DNA from: Microcystis aeruginosa NIES-843
GTDB taxonomy: Bacteria; Cyanobacteriota; Cyanobacteriia; Cyanobacteriales; Microcystaceae
Direction: 5' to 3'
DNA: 32,000 nt
Assembly (NCBI RefSeq): GCF_000010625.1
Contig: NC_010296.1
Coordinates: forward strand, 1,980,001-2,012,000
Part shown: positions 26,876 through 32,000 of the stretch, one piece after another
How the letters are laid out: every line of letters starts with the position of its first letter
Numbering within the stretch: position 1 is the first letter of the stretch
Notes under the pieces: generated by a model
The model's database searches: none
Seen by the model: the letters and a program-made list of their open reading frames with translations, nothing else
What the model was told of the DNA's origin: nothing
Translations under genes and position numbers: made by a program

Positions 26876-27226
26876 TTAGACGGCACTTACTTTGCGGATT
26901 TCTACGCTGCCTTCTTCAAATACTTGAACCGTGAGTTGATAGCCTTCCATTAATAACATTCCAACTAGAGGTTCCGAATCAGCTTCATCAATTGGGATAG
27001 TCAGATAATCTCCATCCCAAATTACGAGAGCTTCATAGACATTAAAAACGCATTCGCTACCATCACCGAGAATAGCACGTCCTCGTCTTTTCCATTTCAG
27101 GTTTAGCTGATCGATTAGGTCTGGTGGCAATGAAAGCCAACCATTAAAACCTGTATCAACGATCGCATCTTGCGCGTAAATATTTCCTTCAGAGTCACAA
27201 GATCGAAAGTGAAATAATCGCCTCAA
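26876..27226 (-). CDS. Retropepsin-like (clan AA) aspartic protease, single domain
   Basis: 116 aa with the active-site motif IVDTGFNGWLSLP (D-T-G) and conserved downstream blocks (LGDGS, VIWDG, PLVGM). It appears to start at TTG; no ATG is available. Confidence 0.7.
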   Translation of the reverse strand: MRRLFHFRSCDSEGNIYAQDAIVDTGFNGWLSLPPDLIDQLNLKWKRRGRAILGDGSECVFNVYEALVIWDGDYLTIPIDEADSEPLVGMLLMEGYQLTVQVFEEGSVEIRKVSAV

Positions 27227-27250
27227 AATCCGCGTTAACGATTCCGGCGA

Positions 27251-27523
27251 TCATACTAATCTCTTTGTCCGTCCACCAAATCGGCGAACATAGCGAGAAC
27301 CGACTCGAACAATCCAGATTTGAGCATCTGGGTGACGGGCTTCGAGTCTATTGCAAGCAGATATTTCACGCGCATCAATTTCAAAGTCGCCAGTTTCAAG
27401 GTCAATTGCTACAATTTTGCCCTGATTACCCAATTCGACTTGTGGACGTATTTGAGTTTGATAAATCAGATCGCCACGCTGGGCAAATTCTTCTTTGCTA
27501 TAGCGGGGTTGTCGGACTGTCAT
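27251..27523 (-). CDS. Small conserved protein paired with the aspartic protease
   Basis: 90 aa, containing ...GKIVAIDLETGDFEIDAREISACNRLEARHPDAQIWIVRVG... It ends 24 nt upstream of the protease ORF and is in the same frame. Confidence 0.6.
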   Translation of the reverse strand: MTVRQPRYSKEEFAQRGDLIYQTQIRPQVELGNQGKIVAIDLETGDFEIDAREISACNRLEARHPDAQIWIVRVGSRYVRRFGGRTKRLV

Positions 27524-27721
27524 AGGATTGATCTTGTTGCAACTTTTGCCCCTCTATTTTAACCTAAACATTGGGAATCTTCGCTAACATTCCCCAACTG
27601 GTCCCACAAGAGCGGCATCGCACTTAAACCCACAGTTTCAATCAATGGGCATGGTGCGTTCCCCAAAATCGATCGCTGGAGCAGTGGGACTTGCATTAGG
27701 GAACGCACCCTACAAGATCGG

Positions 27722-28102
27722 CGATCGCTGCGGTTAGAGCAAGCTTTAGCTGTGTGGCGACCCCAGGCGGGTTATGCTGCAGGTTTATTGCTGAAATCCT
27801 TGCTGGACAAGTCCCATCAGTGGTGGTATTTCCTCGAGCATCCTCAAGTCTCTCCCGATCATAACCGAGCCGAGCGTTCTCTGCGTTTGGGAGTAACTAA
27901 GCGCAAGATAGCTGGTGGTTCTCGCTCCTTCAGTGGCTTTGTTGATACTGCCCGTTTATTGACCGTGATTCAGTCTTGTCGCGCCCAAGGCCGTTCGGTT
28001 TTAACTTTCTTCCGTCAGGCTTTGGCCTCTGTCCATCACCCCTTGAATACGGTTGTCTCTCTTATCCCCACTGCTGATTTTTCTCTCTTTGTCAACCCCT
28101 AG
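27722..28102 (+). pseudogene. IS66-family transposase C-terminal remnant
   Basis: The translation is ...WWYFLEHPQVSPDHNRAERSLRLGVTKRKIAGGSRSFSGFVDTARLLTVIQSCRAQG, which matches the IS66 C-terminal signature (P.NN.AER.LR..V..RK...G..S..G). No N-terminal part is present. Confidence 0.7.
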
Positions 28103-28789
28103 ACCTGAATAGTTACAAAATGAGTTTTCGCTGACTTCACTTTCTCGCTTTGACGACCCCGAAAATATTAAAGTTATCCATCTGTACCTGGAAATCTTGA
28201 AAACCCGCATCAGTTGCCCATGCTTCGGTTAATTCTAGCGGTCTCAGGCGCATCACCCAAGGTTTACCTGTATGAGAATTTAATACCCTGGCAATAAACT
28301 CTAATTGGGGGTGGTAGGGTTGAATGGTAAAAATGAGCGTCCCGCCTGGTTCAAGAAGACGATATAATTGCTGGAAATGCTGACGAATTAACTCATTATC
28401 TGGTAATATTTCGTGGAGTCCCGAGACGACAATTAAATTAGGCGGTGGTAAGACCCGGTTTAAGTCGTCATCGTTAAAAGCGTCAGCTTGTTCGATAGTT
28501 GCTGATACGCCAAGGTGGAGAGCTAATTCTTGCGCTTTTTGCACATTTTCTGCCTTGTAATCTCGCAATAAAGCATTCACTGCACCACCCGAAAAATCTA
28601 GCAAAACTTCCAAGTCATAGCGGCCACCACCACAAGCAACATCGAGGAGGTTAGTTGTTACCCCTTGCTCAAAATTATCTTGGATAACTTGACGCAATAC
28701 GCTTTTCAGAATTTCCCCACGTTGACGGATTCCCTGCCATCCCTGGGAGTCGAGATAAACACGGTCAATTATCTTGCCAAACCAGGTAA

Positions 28790-30384
28790 GGGACTTCCAG
28801 AGAATAAAATACCCAACAAAAAAATAGAAAAGTGTTTTTTTGAAAAAGTAATTATTTTTGTCTAGGAAAACAAAGAGTCTCCCATTACAACCTATTTTTC
28901 CGAAAAAATAGGCAGCACAAACTCTTATACTTCCGAGCTTTTTCGAGTATAACAAGGACAAGTTAAAGAATCAAAGACAGTTTTTAGCTAACCATCTTAG
29001 TTAACTACAAACTAGGTCTTATCATAATAGATATCAATAAACCATTGTCCCAAATCGGGAAAGTCTTGATTCGTTGATTCTGTGAGACGTTCGATTTTTT
29101 CTTCGATTTTTTCCATGGCTTTTTTAGTAAGCTTTACTCCTTTTTCATAAGTTTCAGTAATCAACTTAACAATCGGGTGTTTTCCTTTCCAAGTCATAGT
29201 TTGGGCGAATTTCAAAGCCGTTTCGATTTCATCTAAAATACTCCCATTCCAAGGGTTTTCTAACACAGCCCAGGTTCGTTCAATAGGATTATATTTACTA
29301 TGGTAAGGGGGATAGTAAGCTAAACGTATATTAACTTGATATTTTTGGGAAAACTCAACTATACGTTTCATGAACTGAGTTCGTCTCGAATTATTTTCTG
29401 GTCCATTATCTTGATTAATTATCAAAGTTTTAATTTTCTCAAAACGAGATTTTTCCGACTCCCAGAAATCTTCTAATATATCAACAATAAAGTCACTGGT
29501 GACTGTGGAGGCAGTGAAATACAAAAACAACTCATCAAATTCTGGAATAAATATTCCGTAAGGGGTTAGGGTTGTTTTCGGATTAAAATCATGATCGTTT
29601 GTTTCGACAGTTATTCTATTCTTACCTCCTCGATCAAATAGTCCAATATTAACACGGGCTTTGGCATCCAAACTAAGACGTAACATCGTAGGGTCTTCAT
29701 CCGCTTCCCGATTAATGTTAGCTAATTCCTCAAAGATTGCCTCGGTTTCTGGAATTTTTTTTGAGGTAAAACTTTAGCGACTCTTTTCAGACGATAACCT
29801 AAGTTATTTAATTTAACCCGAATAGTTTCCTCGCTCGGTAAATCCTCATCACTGTACCCATATTTAGAGATTAATTGCTTTCGGACTTCGGCCGCACTCA
29901 GTCTCACATAAAGCCTTTGGCTTTTAAAACTTGGGTCAGTTTGGCTTTGAGAATCCACTAAACTTTTGATGTTTTCCAATAGAAAAGGTAAATGTTCTTC
30001 TGCTTTTTTCCGCCCCTTAGCTGAATGATTATCAACACAAATAATACCTCTTTTTAGTTCTTTAATTCCTTTACGAATAGTAGTTCGATTCCAGCCTAAC
30101 TCCTGTGCAGCAAGGGTTTGTCCCCCATAGCCTAATTCTAAGACTGTTTGGGCCATGAATCTTCTTTTAGCTGCACCTTTTAATTGAAGTGCAGTTTCAC
30201 TGAGCAATTTCTTGAGGGAATCAGTTAATTCCATATACACTTACAAAGAAAAACTTGATTAATAATGTACAGGATTAATTCTACTACAAAATTGGAAGGA
30301 GGAGGCAACCATCGACCCCTACCTCCTACACTCCGAGAATGATTATTATTCTTGAGCATGAATAGTTTATTTTTTGGAAGTCCC
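28790..30384 (-). mobile_element. ISAzo13-like insertion sequence (F)
   Basis: The TIRs are GGGACTTCCAGAGAATAAA... and ...TTTATTTTTTGGAAGTCCC. A 3-bp TSD TAA lies at 28787-28789 and 30385-30387. Confidence 0.9.
29012..30240 (-). CDS. ISAzo13-like transposase in two frames joined at an A8 run
   Basis: ORF 29722-30240 ends ...VLPQKKFQKPRQSLRN*. The -1 frame continues KIPETEAIFEELANINREADEDPTMLRLSLDAKARV...YHSKYNPIERTWAVLENPW. Either a frameshift mutation or programmed slippage could explain this. Confidence 0.75.
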
Positions 30385-30630
30385 TAATGCCGCTGGGACG
30401 ATTGCGATAAACATACTCTAACATGACTCCTGAATCAAAGCCGTATTTCAAGCCCAGACGAATTCCGTCTGAAAGTTGCCCGATGGTTTGAAACAGCAAT
30501 CTTACAAGGCTGTAGTAGATGGCTTTAGGATGCCAAATTGGCAGCGGACGACTTAGTGAATCATAGCTAGGTAAGGTTTGAGAATTCATGGTTAATTCCT
30601 TCGTTTAATCAAGAAAAATCAAGAACTTTT

Positions 30631-31272
30631 TTATTGCCAAGCAGAAAAATTTCCTGATGATGCCAACTCTTGTATTGACTGATTTAACAAATCCATAAAG
30701 CTTTGTTTATTGCCAGTCCAATGGAGAGGATTACCAAGCCAAACATCACAAAAGAAAGGGACTAATAAAGCTTCACCTTTGGGAAGTGTCTTGCCTAAAC
30801 CATGCAAGAAAATTGGATAGATGGGGATTTCTGGATGCCGTTTCGCTAGATGGGCAATGCCACTCTTAAAGCTAGTTAAAGATTCAGGATTGCCGCGAGA
30901 GCCTTCAGGATAGATTAGCAGAATTTCTCTCCGCACTAATGCCTGAGAACAACTGTCTAGAGGATGCTCGCGAACATTCCCCATTTCGCGTCTTAAGGGA
31001 ATGATACCAATAATATTTAGAGAAAACCAAGTCAGCCAGGGATTCTTTAACCAATAGTCCGCCGCCGCTACTGGACGCAATTTGTCTAATAACCTTAAGG
31101 GAAAGAGTGTCATCAATACCAGGGTATCGAGATGGCTGTTGTGGTTGGCAACAATTATCGCTGGTCCCGATTTTGGTAGCCTCTCTTTGTGACTGATTCT
31201 TAGTCCGATAATGACCAAGACAATCAGTCTAACCACGCAACCAAAAAACAACAATCGCAGTAACTTATTCAA
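30631..31272 (-). CDS. PlsC-like lysophospholipid acyltransferase
   Basis: 213 aa with an N-terminal TM helix, the HX4D motif (ANHNSHLD) and the YPEGSRG motif. Its TTG start overlaps the upstream stop (TTGA). Confidence 0.8.
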   Translation of the reverse strand: MNKLLRLLFFGCVVRLIVLVIIGLRISHKERLPKSGPAIIVANHNSHLDTLVLMTLFPLRLLDKLRPVAAADYWLKNPWLTWFSLNIIGIIPLRREMGNVREHPLDSCSQALVRREILLIYPEGSRGNPESLTSFKSGIAHLAKRHPEIPIYPIFLHGLGKTLPKGEALLVPFFCDVWLGNPLHWTGNKQSFMDLLNQSIQELASSGNFSAWQ

Positions 31273-32000
31273 GCTAACATCCCCCGGAAATAAAAGTAAA
31301 CAGTAAAATGGAAAAATAGGGGAGCAGTATAAGTTAAACTGTCAATACGATCAAGAATACCACCGTGTCCTGGTAAGAGATTACCGCTGTCTTTAACTCC
31401 TAAGTCTCGCTTCAGAGCCGATACAGTAACATCACCAATAAAACCGGCAATTCCCAATAGTAACCCCAGCCAGAATGCGTGAGTTAAATTAAACGGAGTT
31501 AACCAAGGAGCCAAAATTACTGCCAATACTATTGTCGTTATTATCCCTCCTAGCAAGCCTTCCCAGGTTTTGTTGGGGCTAACTGTCGGTAAAACTTTAT
31601 GTCTTCCCAAACTTTTTCCCCACAAGTACTGGGAAATATCATTCAGAGCCGTCAAAAATAAAAGATACAGTAACAATCCAGCACCGCCAGCTATGGGATT
31701 ACCTGCGGGTGGTAGCCTTAATAAATAGGCGACGTGACTGATGCTAAATACTGTCAGCATCAATCCCCAATGTAGAGTTCCTATTGCCTTGAGAAAACCG
31801 TGTATTTCTCCTAAAATTACCATCCGCATCGGCAAGATAAGGAACATATAAACTGGGATAAATACTAAAAACATTCCGTACCACCGACTGTAAATCCAGT
31901 AATATTGTAAGATGATTGCTAAATAAGCCCAAAACAAGACGCGACGGTCTGCCCGCCGTGTCGGAATTAGAGATAAATATTCTTTCAGGGCCAGAAAACT
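31269..32000 (-). CDS. Phosphatidate cytidylyltransferase family protein (CdsA paralogue), 5' end beyond the window
   Basis: It carries the CTP_transf_1 signature SALKRDLGVKDSGNLLPGHGGILDRIDS. The frame stays open upstream of the tracked TTG all the way to position 32000, so the gene is partial. Confidence 0.85.
   Translation of the reverse strand, partial: SFLALKEYLSLIPTRRADRRVLFWAYLAIILQYYWIYSRWYGMFLVFIPVYMFLILPMRMVILGEIHGFLKAIGTLHWGLMLTVFSISHVAYLLRLPPAGNPIAGGAGLLLYLLFLTALNDISQYLWGKSLGRHKVLPTVSPNKTWEGLLGGIITTIVLAVILAPWLTPFNLTHAFWLGLLLGIAGFIGDVTVSALKRDLGVKDSGNLLPGHGGILDRIDSLTYTAPLFFHFTVYFYFRGMLA

Larger units (their letters stand above)
28137..30589 (-). pseudogene. Class I SAM-dependent methyltransferase split by an ISAzo13-like element
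   Basis: The N-terminal part lies at 30385-30589 (MNSQTLPSYD...YVYRNRPSGI). The C-terminal part lies at 28137-28789 (TWFGKIIDRVYLDSQGW...LLDVACGGGRYDLE...). Joining them and removing one TSD copy gives 855 nt, which is 284 codons plus a stop, in frame. Confidence 0.85.

Noticed and set aside
27265-27562. Two plus-strand ORFs (27265-27525 and 27320-27562)
   Set aside because: Both are antisense to the 90-aa partner ORF of the protease and have no motif support.
28790-28961. N-terminal ~57 aa of ORF 28137-28961 (MSLLYSKKLGS...)
   Set aside because: This part is read-through from the left end of the ISAzo13-like element. The genuine methyltransferase sequence resumes only at 28789. Likewise, the tail of ORF 30326-30589 after ...RPSGI is IS-derived.
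1-32000. tRNA, rRNA or CRISPR loci
   Set aside because: A visual scan found no cloverleaf-compatible GTTCGAATC-type T-arm contexts, no rRNA-like segments and no short repeat-spacer arrays. A tRNAscan or Infernal run would be needed to exclude small ncRNAs.

Overview
The window looks cyanobacterial and Microcystis-like. This is an inference from HIP1 octamers (GCGATCGC) in the host genes, an HLIP gene, rpaB, a petL-like mini-ORF and very high IS density.

Layout:
- 1-9.1 kb is a conserved host block: HLIP, a secreted HExxH peptidase, a Uma2 endonuclease, a UPF0104-like membrane protein, five tandem DUF29 paralogues, petL, radA, rpaB and a DUF2930-like membrane protein.
- 9.1-26.3 kb is almost entirely mobile DNA. 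I called boundaries from terminal inverted repeats (TIRs) and target-site duplications (TSDs) read in the sequence. Families by motif recall: IS630 (four types), ISL3 x2, IS5-like, an IS1 remnant, IS30, ISAzo13-like, ISKra4-like, IS701-like, and several MITEs.
- This region includes a five-deep nested insertion, and a pfkB/adenosine-kinase-like gene broken by one truncation and four insertions.
- 26.4-32 kb holds an ISL3-derived MITE, a retropepsin-like protease with a small partner ORF, an IS66 remnant, and a CdsA-paralogue / PlsC-like acyltransferase / methyltransferase operon. The methyltransferase is split by a second ISAzo13-like element.

By my boundary calls about 18 of 32 kb is mobile-element derived.

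The most interesting candidates are the DUF29 array (near-identical N-termini, mosaic cores), the accessory lipid operon, an in-frame palindromic insertion beside a transposase catalytic Asp, and an A_AAA_AAA frameshift site.

All family assignments are from motif recognition only; no database search was possible.
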